From positions 62,001-126,000 of the forward strand of contig QPGO01000024.1 in the NCBI GenBank assembly GCA_008632985.1: a DNA stretch of 64,000 nucleotides, read 5' to 3'. The notes below the pieces were generated by a model. The model saw only the letters and a list, made by a program, of their open reading frames with translations, was not told the origin of the DNA and ran no database searches. The stretch's first letter is position 1, and each line of letters opens with the position of its first letter. The translations under genes were made by a program, and so were the position numbers. Shown here piece by piece: positions 20,726-32,300 of the stretch. This DNA is from Psammoneis japonica. Taxonomy: Eukaryota.

Positions 20726-23248
20726 ATGACGACAACAGCGGTTATAGACATGTCAACCAAGATCGGGGGTCGGGTTGTAACTCCTGCGTTTCCGGTTGTG
20801 GACGGGTCCGAACCCACGGCCATCGAGCTCACGTTTCAGAAGACGCTGGACGCTTTTGTTCGGGACAACATCCCTCTCGAATCGACCGAAGGCATCCAGA
20901 CGCGTGAACGAGTGCTGAATCGCATGGGCGTCTTGTGTCGAGAATGGATTCGATCCGTCTGCTCCAAACGCGGCCTTCCTCCTGATGTTGTTGATAGTGC
21001 TGGTGGACAGCTCTTCACCAGTGGTAGTTATCGCCTAGGCGTGCACGAACCCGGAGCTGACATCGACACTATTCTAGTGGCTCCAAACATGTGCACTCGG
21101 CATGATTTCTTTGGGGCTGTGTTGGAAGAGCTCGAAGACGGGACTATTGTGAGAGATCCAGACTCGTTAGCGGAACGAATTAGAACCAACCCGGACGTAA
21201 CAAACTTTGTGCCGGTGGAGGGCGCTGCGGTCCCGATCCTCACATTTGATTGGGAGGGAATCAACATTGACTTGCTCTTTGCCAGACTCAACTCAGCCTC
21301 TGTTCCCGCCACTCTCGATATTGATGTGGACGCCGTCCTGGATGGTGTTGACAGTGCCACAGAAAAATCGCTGAACGGTCCTAGAGTAACAAATTTGATA
21401 GCGGCGCTTGCGTCCGGGACCGCCAAACGCTACGAAGCGTTTCTGACGGTTGTCCGATGCGTGCGTAAATGGGCAAAAGCGAGGGGGCTGTATTCCAACA
21501 AATTGGGATACTGGGGCGGAGTCAATATCAACATTGCCGTCGCTCTTGTCGTCCAACTTTATCCTGAAGCGTGTCCCGCGAGTCTGTTACGAAAGTTCTT
21601 TCTTGTCTTTAAGAGTTGGCGGTGGCCAAACCCTGTCATGCTCACCAAGCCGCATGACGCTGGGTACGGATTACCCGTCTGGAATGCTCAACACGTTCAC
21701 AACGCACGGCAGGTTGCACCCATTATTACACCTGCCTATCCTTCGATGAACGCGTCTCTCTCAATATCACGTCAGACGCTTCAAATCATGCATGAAGAGT
21801 TTTGTCGCGGACACGATATCATTGACAAAATATGGAAAAAACACCAAGCCAATCCTGAAGCCATTGACGAGGTTGTGTGGGATGAACTCTTTGAGCCGTC
21901 GGACTTTTTTATTTCATATCCGTATTATCTCAGCTTGTGCATCGTTGGGCCGACGCAAAAAGACACTCAAGCATGGTGCGGTTTTGTGGAGTCGCGTCTG
22001 CGAAAACTTGTCTCTGATATGCTTGCTCGATCTCTACCCATCAGCAAGATCCAGCTATGGCCGAAAAAGTTTGAAATATGCGTCGCCGACCGGTCCGCGC
22101 TCTTGACGGCTGCTCAGCGAGGAAACAGTGTCACGTACTTTGTGGGTTTCAAGGTTGACACCCTTCGCATGCGTGGAAACCAACTTAACATTGAGCTGCA
22201 GCTGCACAACTTTCGAGAGTGGGAGCTATCGAGATTTCAACCTTTAATTGCTGGGATGGATGTACTGTCGAAATGTTTCAAGGTGAAGGAGCTGCCTGGA
22301 GTTGTGTTTCAAGACATGTATGAAGGGGGCAAAGTTGCTGCGATGAAACGACGCCGGACTATTCGTGACGCAGATCCTAAGCGACAGGAGAAGAAGCGAC
22401 TGGCTCACTTGAAGGCTTTGAAAGAAAAGATGGACGCAATTAAAAGGAAAAAAGAAGAACAGGGTGGGGCTAAAGGCGATGATGAGACTGCACCAGAGGA
22501 AGGCAACGAACGAAAGAGAAAGAGAGGGGAGGGAACCCCTGACGAAGAGAAGGATTCAAAAATCATCAAGATTGAAAAACCAGATGTCAGCAACGTTGAC
22601 GAAAGCGAAGAAGCGGATCTTCTCGAGTGTGCTCTTGACACTATACAGCAAGATGACGATGCGGCCGGGGAAAAGAAAACACGAGAAGAAGCTGAAGCAG
22701 ATCGGAGAAAGCTACTTGCAGGAGAGTTACTTGAAGGGGAGGATCTGGTAGGTGGCAATATGGACGAAGATGATGCCGACTACATTGGACGTGATGGCGC
22801 TCGCCTCAGCTTCGTGGGAAATGTCGAACCGCAAGTACAGGAGGAAGCGAAACCTCACAAGAACATCCGTAGCCTTCCGGTGGGAGAAGCCGAAGCAGAA
22901 ATACTTCGAAAGATTGGTTGCGCAGTTGTGAGCGACGACGAAGTTACAACAATCGGAGGAAACATGGTCCTGCCCTGGCGGCGACCGGAAGTAACTGGTG
23001 TGGTGCAACAGGAAGGCAATGAGGGAAACGCTGCTCTTCCATCCATGCGAATCACATTCAAAACAAAGTTTGATATTGTTGAATTGGACGCCGCTGGACA
23101 CGTCATCGACAAAGGCGACGATGACTTCACTCCGGCTTTAAAATGGACTGGGCGCAAAGCAGGCTTCGAGTTTAAAAGAGGGGAGCGAGGACTTGGGTAC
23201 TATCGCACCGGGAAGAAAGTTGTGGTGCCTTCGAATACTGCGTACTAG
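20726..23248 (+). CDS. PAP: Canonical nuclear poly(A) polymerase
   Basis: FTSGSYRLGVHEPGADIDT, SLNGPRVT, KWAKARGLYSNKLGYWGG, PIITPAYPSMN, GFVESRLRKL. First in-frame ATG at 20726. Confidence 0.95.
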   Translation: MTTTAVIDMSTKIGGRVVTPAFPVVDGSEPTAIELTFQKTLDAFVRDNIPLESTEGIQTRERVLNRMGVLCREWIRSVCSKRGLPPDVVDSAGGQLFTSGSYRLGVHEPGADIDTILVAPNMCTRHDFFGAVLEELEDGTIVRDPDSLAERIRTNPDVTNFVPVEGAAVPILTFDWEGINIDLLFARLNSASVPATLDIDVDAVLDGVDSATEKSLNGPRVTNLIAALASGTAKRYEAFLTVVRCVRKWAKARGLYSNKLGYWGGVNINIAVALVVQLYPEACPASLLRKFFLVFKSWRWPNPVMLTKPHDAGYGLPVWNAQHVHNARQVAPIITPAYPSMNASLSISRQTLQIMHEEFCRGHDIIDKIWKKHQANPEAIDEVVWDELFEPSDFFISYPYYLSLCIVGPTQKDTQAWCGFVESRLRKLVSDMLARSLPISKIQLWPKKFEICVADRSALLTAAQRGNSVTYFVGFKVDTLRMRGNQLNIELQLHNFREWELSRFQPLIAGMDVLSKCFKVKELPGVVFQDMYEGGKVAAMKRRRTIRDADPKRQEKKRLAHLKALKEKMDAIKRKKEEQGGAKGDDETAPEEGNERKRKRGEGTPDEEKDSKIIKIEKPDVSNVDESEEADLLECALDTIQQDDDAAGEKKTREEAEADRRKLLAGELLEGEDLVGGNMDEDDADYIGRDGARLSFVGNVEPQVQEEAKPHKNIRSLPVGEAEAEILRKIGCAVVSDDEVTTIGGNMVLPWRRPEVTGVVQQEGNEGNAALPSMRITFKTKFDIVELDAAGHVIDKGDDDFTPALKWTGRKAGFEFKRGERGLGYYRTGKKVVVPSNTAY

Positions 23249-23895
23249 AGTAGAAGTAAGGTTGACCAAATAGCAAGCACGAAATGTGTTTGGCCGTTTG
23301 GCTTCGGGCATTAATTTGCAAAACCCAATTTTCAGACAGTAGCACCTTCCTTAAAAGAGTTAGTTAAGCGAACTGACATCGGTATGACCTCCCTGCTTCG
23401 TATGCAACTCGGAAGTAGTATTCTCTATCTACTATACAAGCTGCTCTTTATATGTTTCTTTTTTAAACTAAGTAGAGAGTTAAGGAGCCTAGAGTAGAAG
23501 TAATGAGAAACGTGGGGGGCAGCAGAAGGAGGCGTCGAGGCAGCTGTTTATCGGCTACGTATCGGAGCGGAGTTTTCGTGGCGGGCAAACGGGCGGGCTT
23601 TGCTTTTTGACGTGCCCTTCCTTAGTCCGTTGTTGGAAGGAGTTTTCGTGGTACAAGATTTACGTGATCCTACGTGAGTTTGATTTTTTGAATATCCGGG
23701 TCCGGGCAATGTAGAATGACAAAAACAAAAATGAGAGGTGAGGCCAACGAGGCAACTCACTTGAAACAGGACAGTCAGAGAAAGGGCTACCGCATGCAAC
23801 ATGTACATCCTGCAACCACCGGTAGTCTCTACTCTCTCGAGGTACCGTAACGCCCTTCTGGCTGCAAAACGCACTGTCTTGCCCTGCGCTGGAGT

Positions 23896-24936
23896 ATGAT
23901 CTCTTTTATTAAAGGGCTCATAATACTGGTTACTCGCGTCTGTTTTTTCTTTGCTACATCATCCCGCATAGCGTTGATTGATGCATTTTTCACAAGGCTT
24001 TCTCGAACTTGCGGAGTAGTTCCCAGACTAGAAAGTCCCTTGTTTCGCTTGTCGCTAGTTGAAAGAGACTTTGGCATGACAGAAGAAAATGGGCTAGGCA
24101 AGAGGCCTACACCAGAAAAAAGAATCGCATTTATTCGGCATGGACGAACGCACATGAACGAATATTTAGCTACTAATCGTTGGGGTGATCCAAGCTTTAC
24201 GGACGTGTTTCCAGATAATTTAAATGGAGAGAAATACAGAGACTCTCCCCTGTCGGCAAAAGGCATTGAACAGGCTCAGAGATTAGGTCAACTGCTTGAA
24301 GGACTTGGGATTGGCTGTCAAGAGGCACAAAGAGAATTATCACTTTCTCATACTGACACCACTGTCTTGAAAGAACTTGATTTGATTGTTGTGAGTCCAT
24401 TGACACGAGCCTTACAGACTGTGGAAATTGCGCTTCTGCCTTATGTTAGATCCACGGTGCAAAGCAAAGAGGAAATCGGTACACAGCTTTCCTTTGTCCC
24501 AGTTGTTGCCCATCCGTTCGCATCAGAGAGAGTTTATCTCATTTCTGACCACGGGAAACTACCAGGCGAACTTTCAAAATGTTTTGGTCACTTTGTAGAT
24601 TTCCAAACTGGCTTTCAACATATGGATAATTTGAACGAAGATTGGTGGTTCACTTTGGGTGGTGGAAAAAGACCTGTTCATGCCGATGACTACGTGGAAT
24701 GGCGACCGAACAATGAAAATCAAAGATACGCCTGTCCCGGAGAGCCATACCAGCAGTTCGAAGAAAGAATGATCGATCTGTACCGGTGGTTGGACAATCG
24801 GGAAGAACTGAACATTGCGCTTGTCTGTCATTGGGGAGTCCTCGAATGGCTGACTGGAGAAGATTTTGCGAACTGTGAGGTGCAAGTTATTCCTTTTCGC
24901 GACATAAGTACTAGGCTAGAAGAGAAAATGTTTTAA
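23896..24936 (+). CDS. Histidine phosphatase / phosphoglycerate mutase family protein (true start uncertain)
   Basis: FIRHG, DSPLSAKG, VSPLTRALQT, ALVCHWGV. Confidence 0.88.
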   Translation: MISFIKGLIILVTRVCFFFATSSRIALIDAFFTRLSRTCGVVPRLESPLFRLSLVERDFGMTEENGLGKRPTPEKRIAFIRHGRTHMNEYLATNRWGDPSFTDVFPDNLNGEKYRDSPLSAKGIEQAQRLGQLLEGLGIGCQEAQRELSLSHTDTTVLKELDLIVVSPLTRALQTVEIALLPYVRSTVQSKEEIGTQLSFVPVVAHPFASERVYLISDHGKLPGELSKCFGHFVDFQTGFQHMDNLNEDWWFTLGGGKRPVHADDYVEWRPNNENQRYACPGEPYQQFEERMIDLYRWLDNREELNIALVCHWGVLEWLTGEDFANCEVQVIPFRDISTRLEEKMF

Positions 24937-25293
24937 ATAATGTAGAATCAGCGTACCAGGTACGAGAAAGCTAGCTAATTTCTTAGAGATTACCATCGAC
25001 TATGCTACACTGACGACTCGCAACAATGATGATAGCAATGTCATTCAGCAAATGGCTACCCAACTATCTCCAACATATTGTACGCTACTCGTCGGTGAGC
25101 ACTTCTCCAGTTCATAGGCCTCCTACTCGTAGGCACCGCCGGAGCTGATCCAAAAGTGAATGAATGAAACTTCCCGTTCGTTTTGGATTCTGCCCTGTGT
25201 CAGCTATCTGTGTTCAGCATTCAGCATGTACGGTATGTGCTTTATTCGCTGTCAGTCTGTCCGACCCTGATCAAAAGTGAGGAAGGATGAGCG

Positions 25294-26706
25294 ATGATGG
25301 ATGATGAGCCGAAGCAAGTTGGAGCGGCGATGAGAGACGGCATGCAGAAGTTGTTTGGGCTCGACTGCTGCACCCTTCTAATTCTCTTGGAAATAACCTG
25401 GTGCATTACGCATTTCGCAGGAGCTTTTTCCATGTGTGCGAGTGACGTCCATGGATTTCGCATCCGCACCGTGACTGCTTTCGTTTTTTTGGAGGGGACT
25501 GACTTCTCTCCTTGCAATTCAGCTAGTGGATTTTCCTCCTTGATACAAGAAAAGGTCGATAAGTGCGCCAAGATATTGCGAGGAGTGGAAAATGAGCTTT
25601 CTACCTGTGGATATGAAGTACAGACGGTTCGAGTTGTTACAAATCCGTTCGGTGAATGGTTGTCGCGTGACGTTGGGTCAAGTTCCGACTCTCCTTTAGA
25701 GACGGCAAGAACGCGCCTTGGAATTCTCGACTCCGAATTGGCGAGCCATGACATCAGCTTCTGCGCACTGGGGCCTGCCATGAATGCGGAGGAAACAAAC
25801 TTGCTTTGTGCGGAAATTGTGCGTTCGTCACCGCGGTTCTCGTGTTCGGCGAGTGTTGCTCCAGCTGACGTACATGCTGCAACCGCCGCAGCCGAATGCA
25901 TTCTTCGCATTTCACGTTTAGGTGATCCCGAGCATGTTGCAATGGGACTGGGGAATTTCCGATTTTGTGCTGCTGCCTCTTGCAAGCCCTTTATACCGTT
26001 CTTTCCGGGAGCAAAGTCGGCTTCTATTGTCGATGCTTCACATGATGCGATTGGTATTGCCTTGGGTCTCGAGAACGGCGGACTAGCCAAGAATCTTATG
26101 AAGAAAACCCAGTCAGTGAAAAACATTGGAACCACCTTTAAGCGTGGTATAGAGGAGGCGCTTCTTCCGCTTCAGAAGATTTGCCGAAGCTTGTCAAAGG
26201 AACTTGACTTCCACTACATCGGGATCGACTCAAGTCTTAACCCATCTCTTGATGAGGGCGGCTCCGTTGCCGAAGCAATAGAGGAGCTTGTTGAGGTATC
26301 AGGTGGCTTTGGGGGACCAGGAACGATTGCAGCCGCTTCTGCGATTACCATGGCGCTTCAGTCATTAGCGATTGATCCCCTCACCGGCTACTGTGGATTG
26401 ATGCTTCCACTATGCGAGGACCGGAGACTAGCGCAACTGGCAAGCTGCGACAATTCTATTTTGAAGATATCCAATCTCTTGAGCATTAGCAGCGTCTGTG
26501 GCGTAGGAGTGGATACTGTTCCTGTCCCTGGTGACAGCACAGTGGAGGAGTTGACATCGTTGATTCTTGATGTTGCAGGTATTGCTGGTCGCTGGGACAA
26601 GAGTCTAAGCGTTCGTGTCTTTCCAGTTGTCGGCAGGACTGCTGGGGATTTCACCACCTTTGACTCGCCCTACATGTGCAACAGTCGAATACTACCAATT
26701 GACTAA
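25294..26706 (+). CDS. DUF711/UPF0210-family protein (start may be the Met of MCAS)
   Basis: RIRTVTAF, YEVQTVRVVTNPF, GIDSSLNP, GYCGLMLPLCED, SSVCGVGVDTVPVPGD. Confidence 0.8.
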   Translation: MMDDEPKQVGAAMRDGMQKLFGLDCCTLLILLEITWCITHFAGAFSMCASDVHGFRIRTVTAFVFLEGTDFSPCNSASGFSSLIQEKVDKCAKILRGVENELSTCGYEVQTVRVVTNPFGEWLSRDVGSSSDSPLETARTRLGILDSELASHDISFCALGPAMNAEETNLLCAEIVRSSPRFSCSASVAPADVHAATAAAECILRISRLGDPEHVAMGLGNFRFCAAASCKPFIPFFPGAKSASIVDASHDAIGIALGLENGGLAKNLMKKTQSVKNIGTTFKRGIEEALLPLQKICRSLSKELDFHYIGIDSSLNPSLDEGGSVAEAIEELVEVSGGFGGPGTIAAASAITMALQSLAIDPLTGYCGLMLPLCEDRRLAQLASCDNSILKISNLLSISSVCGVGVDTVPVPGDSTVEELTSLILDVAGIAGRWDKSLSVRVFPVVGRTAGDFTTFDSPYMCNSRILPID

Positions 26707-26815
26707 GTTGGCCGCTACGAATCTAGACAAGATAATCAAAACAAGAAAACTGTCGCTCTACAGTACAGTAAACTCCTTTCCCAATCAACACTTTTCGTCA
26801 TAGCGACTGCCATCG

Positions 26816-28681
26816 TCAGTTTTCAATGCAGTTGACGTTATGCAGTGAACCCACACGACGAACCAAGAAATGGAGCTCAGTGCTCCTCTTGAATAAATCA
26901 ACAAGATCCCGGAACCAATCTGGTTCATTACAAATAGAGCTTGTTGAAGGTGTGATCACGGATTCGCTTCTTTCGTTCTCGACTGTCAGAATCATGTCGC
27001 CACAGCAAAGACCAACGTTAGAGTTGTCTGCACCTATTGGCGCTCGCACTACTACACAATGGTCGCCTTCCTTGGAAAGCAAGACTCCCCATGACTTGCC
27101 AATTTCCCTTCGGAGACTTAACCTCATAATATCAGGCATTCCGTCAAACAGGATAGCTGTGTCGTTGGGCGGTACAGACACAATGTCCTCCATGGAATCA
27201 GCAGTTTTTGATTCCCACTCGCTTCCAATTCCATCCGTGGAAGCAAACGAGGATGAACGAGATCTTTTCCCCTCCTCGCCCCAGGTGGATTTCTTAGCTA
27301 TCCTGGGTCTCAGTCGCTGTCCCCGACGCTTAGCTCCCACTTCAAAGGTCGTGCCATTTCGATGATGGCGGAGCATTTTACGACCTGGGGCACTTTTCGC
27401 AAACTCCTTCCAGCAAACGTTTCGTTTCCGGAGCCTACCGATTGAGACTGCGTGTGGCAAGAGACTCGATTGGTCAAATCCCCCAATCTTGTTCAGAGCT
27501 CGCTTGTCAAATAACGCGTCTCTCACTGCTGCGTCCAATCTTGACATTGAAGAATGTGCATCCGAAGCTCGTTCTGACACGATCTCACTTTCTGTCTGCT
27601 CCCATGCAAACATGGCGTGACTTACATCAAACAAGAACTCTGAGAGTACACGCAAGAGCCGGTCCCGCTTCATGATGGATGACTTGTACCCCAGAAACCG
27701 ACGAAGCGCCAAATCGTCAAAACCGGAAGTTAGTTTTGCCGTCATCTGCACTGCCGAGTCCCTCAGTTTCGACTCGGACACAATTGAAACGACCAGCAAA
27801 GGAGGAAGGTGCAACCGCAGCAAAGGATACGAGCCTCCCACAGTGCGTTCCGAAAGATTCAAGAACAACGACAACTCGGGGGTTTCTTCCTCCTCACTTG
27901 AGCTGAGGAGATGACTAGCCACAACATTTGCTTCAGCGTCAGAGACTTTTCTTGGAGGCAGTGTGGAAGGCTTATCACTTTCTACATGAAAATGATTGGG
28001 TCCAACAACGAGGCTACCGCTATCAAGGAGAGAATTGTTCACAATAGCGTCAGCTAGATCTTCGGCGGACGCGTGGTTCTGTCTTGCGTTTCCTTCTTCT
28101 ACATGAGGTAGCTCTTCCACTGGAACTAGCGATTTCACATGGAGTTTTCTCTTCTTACTCGTGGTGATATTGCTAGAAGTGTGGGGCAATTTTCTTTTCT
28201 CGAACGCCTCATTACTCCTCATGAGAATGTCTGCCTCTCCAACGGAGGCAATATTATGAGCTGTAGGGTCCCGCGTCTCCTGTATGTCAGCTGCGATAGA
28301 TGTTGTACTTGATTTAGCATTGAGATCTAGCGTATTCCCGTCAAGCGTTCCATCCAGCACGAGTAGCTCTCTCGCGGCAGCTAGCAGCACATCTCGGTGC
28401 AAAGGAAAGTGAGGGTTAGGCACCGATGACCGAGAGAGGGCTGCAGAAGCCGGATATGCTAGCGGAGCCCAACCGTTTGATCTACAGCGACACGAAGAAG
28501 TAGTTTTGGTAACATCTCGTCGCTCCTCTCTGATCCTCCGGACATTGCTCGAACAGAAAGTCTCCGTCGGCAGTGTTCTTTCAACCATCCCCTCTACCGT
28601 ACGTAGAGTGTACTCCAGCTTCCAGCTTGTAGCTTCAGATCCTAGAGCAAGTATTATGAGTGCTTTCTTTTTGCAATTCAA
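26816..28681 (-). CDS. Hypothetical protein with a possible C-terminal PDZ-like domain
   Basis: 621-aa ORF of normal composition. C-terminal LSLRREIGKSWGVLL...GLCCGDMILTVEN...ELHFLVRR is PDZ-like. No ATG at the ORF start, so a 5' exon is probably missing. Confidence 0.65.
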   Translation of the reverse strand: MNCKKKALIILALGSEATSWKLEYTLRTVEGMVERTLPTETFCSSNVRRIREERRDVTKTTSSCRCRSNGWAPLAYPASAALSRSSVPNPHFPLHRDVLLAAARELLVLDGTLDGNTLDLNAKSSTTSIAADIQETRDPTAHNIASVGEADILMRSNEAFEKRKLPHTSSNITTSKKRKLHVKSLVPVEELPHVEEGNARQNHASAEDLADAIVNNSLLDSGSLVVGPNHFHVESDKPSTLPPRKVSDAEANVVASHLLSSSEEEETPELSLFLNLSERTVGGSYPLLRLHLPPLLVVSIVSESKLRDSAVQMTAKLTSGFDDLALRRFLGYKSSIMKRDRLLRVLSEFLFDVSHAMFAWEQTESEIVSERASDAHSSMSRLDAAVRDALFDKRALNKIGGFDQSSLLPHAVSIGRLRKRNVCWKEFAKSAPGRKMLRHHRNGTTFEVGAKRRGQRLRPRIAKKSTWGEEGKRSRSSSFASTDGIGSEWESKTADSMEDIVSVPPNDTAILFDGMPDIMRLSLRREIGKSWGVLLSKEGDHCVVVRAPIGADNSNVGLCCGDMILTVENERSESVITPSTSSICNEPDWFRDLVDLFKRSTELHFLVRRVGSLHNVNCIEN

Positions 28682-29019
28682 AAGCGTGTTTATACAATGA
28701 CAGGACCTCTCCTACTATTGTGCAATGCCCAATGCCAAAGTGAAATGCGCCCACGAGTGATGCTGACAAAAAAATTCTGGTCGGCTTCGTGTCATTTAGT
28801 AACCTTAGGCCCTACGTAGCTACTGGTACTGATACTGCGTAGAGCAGTTCGGCTCGGCAGCTGTTCGCGCGCACAATGCCCCCCGGGACTGATTTAACGC
28901 GAACAAAATGACCTGAGTACAGTACAGCATGGTCTTCTTCATAGAGATTATACATACGGAGATCGTACAGCGCTCGTGGTATGTCAACGTGGCGCGACTC
29001 AGCTCACAAAATTCGGCGC

Positions 29020-29386
29020 TGCACTATGCTCGAAGAACGAGTGTAAACGAAAGTAGAATAGTGTACGAAAAGTGGAAATTATAAGATTGAATTTTGCTCT
29101 GTGATTTTTGGTTTCTCCGAACGAGTTCTCAATGGCCTAAAGCTTCTGTACTGCTTCTACAGACAAAAGGCCTTTCGGAGAATATATTCGTGACAACAGA
29201 TTGTCCGGATACGATTGCTATTGACACGTAAGATGTCAACATCGTCAATCGATCGTATTTGCAATTCTCGACATCCGATCAACTCTGTGTGATCGTTCTG
29301 TCCTTTGTACGCATCCACGACTGTGGTACGATTGACATATAAATAATATATAATCATAAATATGTATATAACAGTCGCATACTGCA
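29020..29386 (-). repeat. 3' LTR of the Gypsy element (TpA-retaining copy)
   Basis: Ungapped match to 33341-33707; terminal IR tgcactatgc...gcatactgca. Confidence 0.95.
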
Positions 29387-32300
29387 TTCGCCTCCCTAAT
29401 TGCACATTAGAGTCATTTGTAAGTGGATTATTCGACGGACATCGACAGTGTCAATAATGTCTCCACTTTCACTGTATTGTGCCATTAGCAATGACTGTTG
29501 TTGTTTTGTATAGGCAATATAGAGCCGTTCCAATTTCCGAATGTCTTTTGAGAGTGACATTGTTTGTTTCTCACTTAACATGTATATATATAGTATTACG
29601 TCGAGTATTCTCATTGACGTTCTTGTTGATATGAACACAAGGACTAATTGTCCTGGAGTAAGTGTTTTTCCTGATATCGATTGTACATGGCATCGTGCCC
29701 AGTACTTAATGTACGCTCTTAATTATGGCGTTCACTTACTTACTTGTGGATTTCATGTAGTTTGGCGGGCTTACTTTATATGCCATATTGCTCTGCTGCA
29801 CTACCACGTTTCATAAGTAATAATAAACGATGGTCAAAGATATTATGACCATTTCGTCTTGATAATCAATCCTGTGATGGTTATGAATTCCATTATGGAT
29901 TTTTTTTTTTGTACTTCAACCATCTATCAGTTGGATTTTAATCGTTATTTGGACGTTTCTTTCTGACATACCGGTGTTATTTTGTCATTCCGAAGGCACT
30001 GGTTTCGTGCACTAAGTGGATAAATGTCCATTTTTCTTTTCTTTTTCTAGATCTTTGGCACATCTCGTGTGTCGACATGATGTATATTTTAATGTCTTGC
30101 CTCGTACATTGTACAATACAACCGTACGGGTGTTGTGAGATTGTCTTTTGCCAGTGTGAAGTGGATACGTATAATGTATACCAATCTGTCACTGTTTTTT
30201 CCTAAATCGTCCTTTAAAAAGGCGATTTTATCCTTGTGACATGAGCATTTTTCGATCTCGCTCGCCTCCACGAAAAGTAAGTGTTCGTATGATATGTCGC
30301 GTCCGACAATTTGGAGGGAATGTCTTTATCCCGTTTTAACGGTAGGACATTGTCGTAGGATTCAATTTTCTATAGTAAGTCGGCTGATCGCGTCTATCGC
30401 GACGATGTTCGCCTTGCCCTCGTTGTATTCTAATTCGGGACTGAAGTTGTCAACGTATGACTTTGTCCGTTGTGTCTTATGATCCGTATATGTATAAATC
30501 TGTTGGCCAAACAGTATATTTCGGAATTTTATAAGTGTTTTCACTGTGGACAGAAGTTCTTTTTTCCGTTGTAACGTATAATATTGAAATCCGTGTATGA
30601 TAACAATATAGTTTTTGATTTGATACGCTCCATATTTTCGGAGACTTTTCGTTCCGTACTTGTACTTTTGCCGTTTGACCTTTATTGAGGTGAATTTGGC
30701 TAGTATTGTACAGGAGATCGTTGAGACTACGTGTCTCGATAATAGTAACGTATGACAACGAGATGTCGTAGTGTTCTTTACGTTTTTCTCGTGTTGCGAT
30801 TGCTTGAATCGCCTCCATTTTCTTTGCAATCGATTGCATGTCGTTACGTATGGAAGTCTTGATAGTTTATTTCAAGTTAAATAGTGAAGGACTTTTGTTG
30901 TTAACCTTCTAAGCGACTGTTCTAGTCGTTTGAATGCCGCATTAAGCTGTTGCTTGCACAGGTGATATTTTGAAGTTACTTTTGTCAGGCACAAACGATC
31001 ACACACAGTCGTTCTGACAACTTCAAACCTGTTATGAGTTCACTCAAGTGTTGCACAAAAATATCTGGGGCTCTATAGATTCTCATTGGAAGTCCACAGC
31101 ACTCATTTTCTCCCCACGGCATGATTTTCGTGTGAGCACGACGTGTGCTTTTTTTTGTTTGACATGGTGGCATTCCATGTTTGAATCAAATAGATCACAC
31201 ACATGAAACGTTCTTGCTTCAACAGCATTTCCTGAATATTGGGCAAAGGATACACCACCTGTATGAACCTCACACTAAGCTTCTGAGTGTCGGATGCGGT
31301 CGAACTCGACCTGTTTTCTTTGGACAATGAGTCTCAGAGCGACTTGTTCAGAGCAATTTCATTCTCAAGACTTCAATCTTTCATAACAGGTCAAACTCCT
31401 TTTGATTGGACGCCTCCAAAGACTGTGATGGGAGAAGGTTCTCACGCGTCGTGGAATCGCGTCAGATTTTCCACGATGAGATCCACTGATGCTTCCCACA
31501 CATTCGTCTGAGGAACTTTTCAAAACGATTTCAACCTCTTGAGAAGAAGATTGAGTTGGTTGTGTTCATTTGGGTTAGATGCATCGCCGTAGTTGTCACT
31601 TGATTAAGATCGATGGCGTGACAATGTGAGTCGAGGACCATTGGTTCCGTTGTCAACTCTGTTCACGGCGTCACATTTTTCAATGTGATCGGTTTTCAGC
31701 TTGAAAACATCGGCATCGAAGAGTGCACGAACATTCTTCATAAGGCAATTGCTTCTTCCCATTAGATTTCTGCATTTGCGTAGTCCAATGTGACTTGCAG
31801 GACTGGACATTAAGTCGCGTCCCATGATCATGTCATTTGAATGTCAGTGTGCCTTAAATTTCGCACAGTGAGAACTGAATTCGGTGTTTGCTGTCAGTCG
31901 TAAAGAGCTCACCCTTGGTTTTCCAAGTTTTTGGTGGCGGATTCTTGTGTTCTCAACTTTCGCACGAATTTGCGCAAAATTGTGGTTGACGATGTTCCGT
32001 TGTCGACAGGAACACGTGGGTGCTTTTTTCTCTCCTTTCCCAAGGAAGTGTTCATGTGAATGATGACTCCTGGACTGGTGTGAATTATTTCTGCCTTTTT
32101 TCTAGGCTTCCCAATGTCCAGCAAAGCACATGATTCGTGAACAGACCAAAATTGTTCTTCGGATTCAGTCTGGATCATCCGATCAAATTGGCACTTTTCT
32201 TCACTGAGGGTGTCAGAATCTGATTCTTTGCCCTTGTGCTCTTTTTCTTTGTTCAAGGAACTCGCTTTGAGCATTTTTTGAACCGCCTGATCAATCATGA

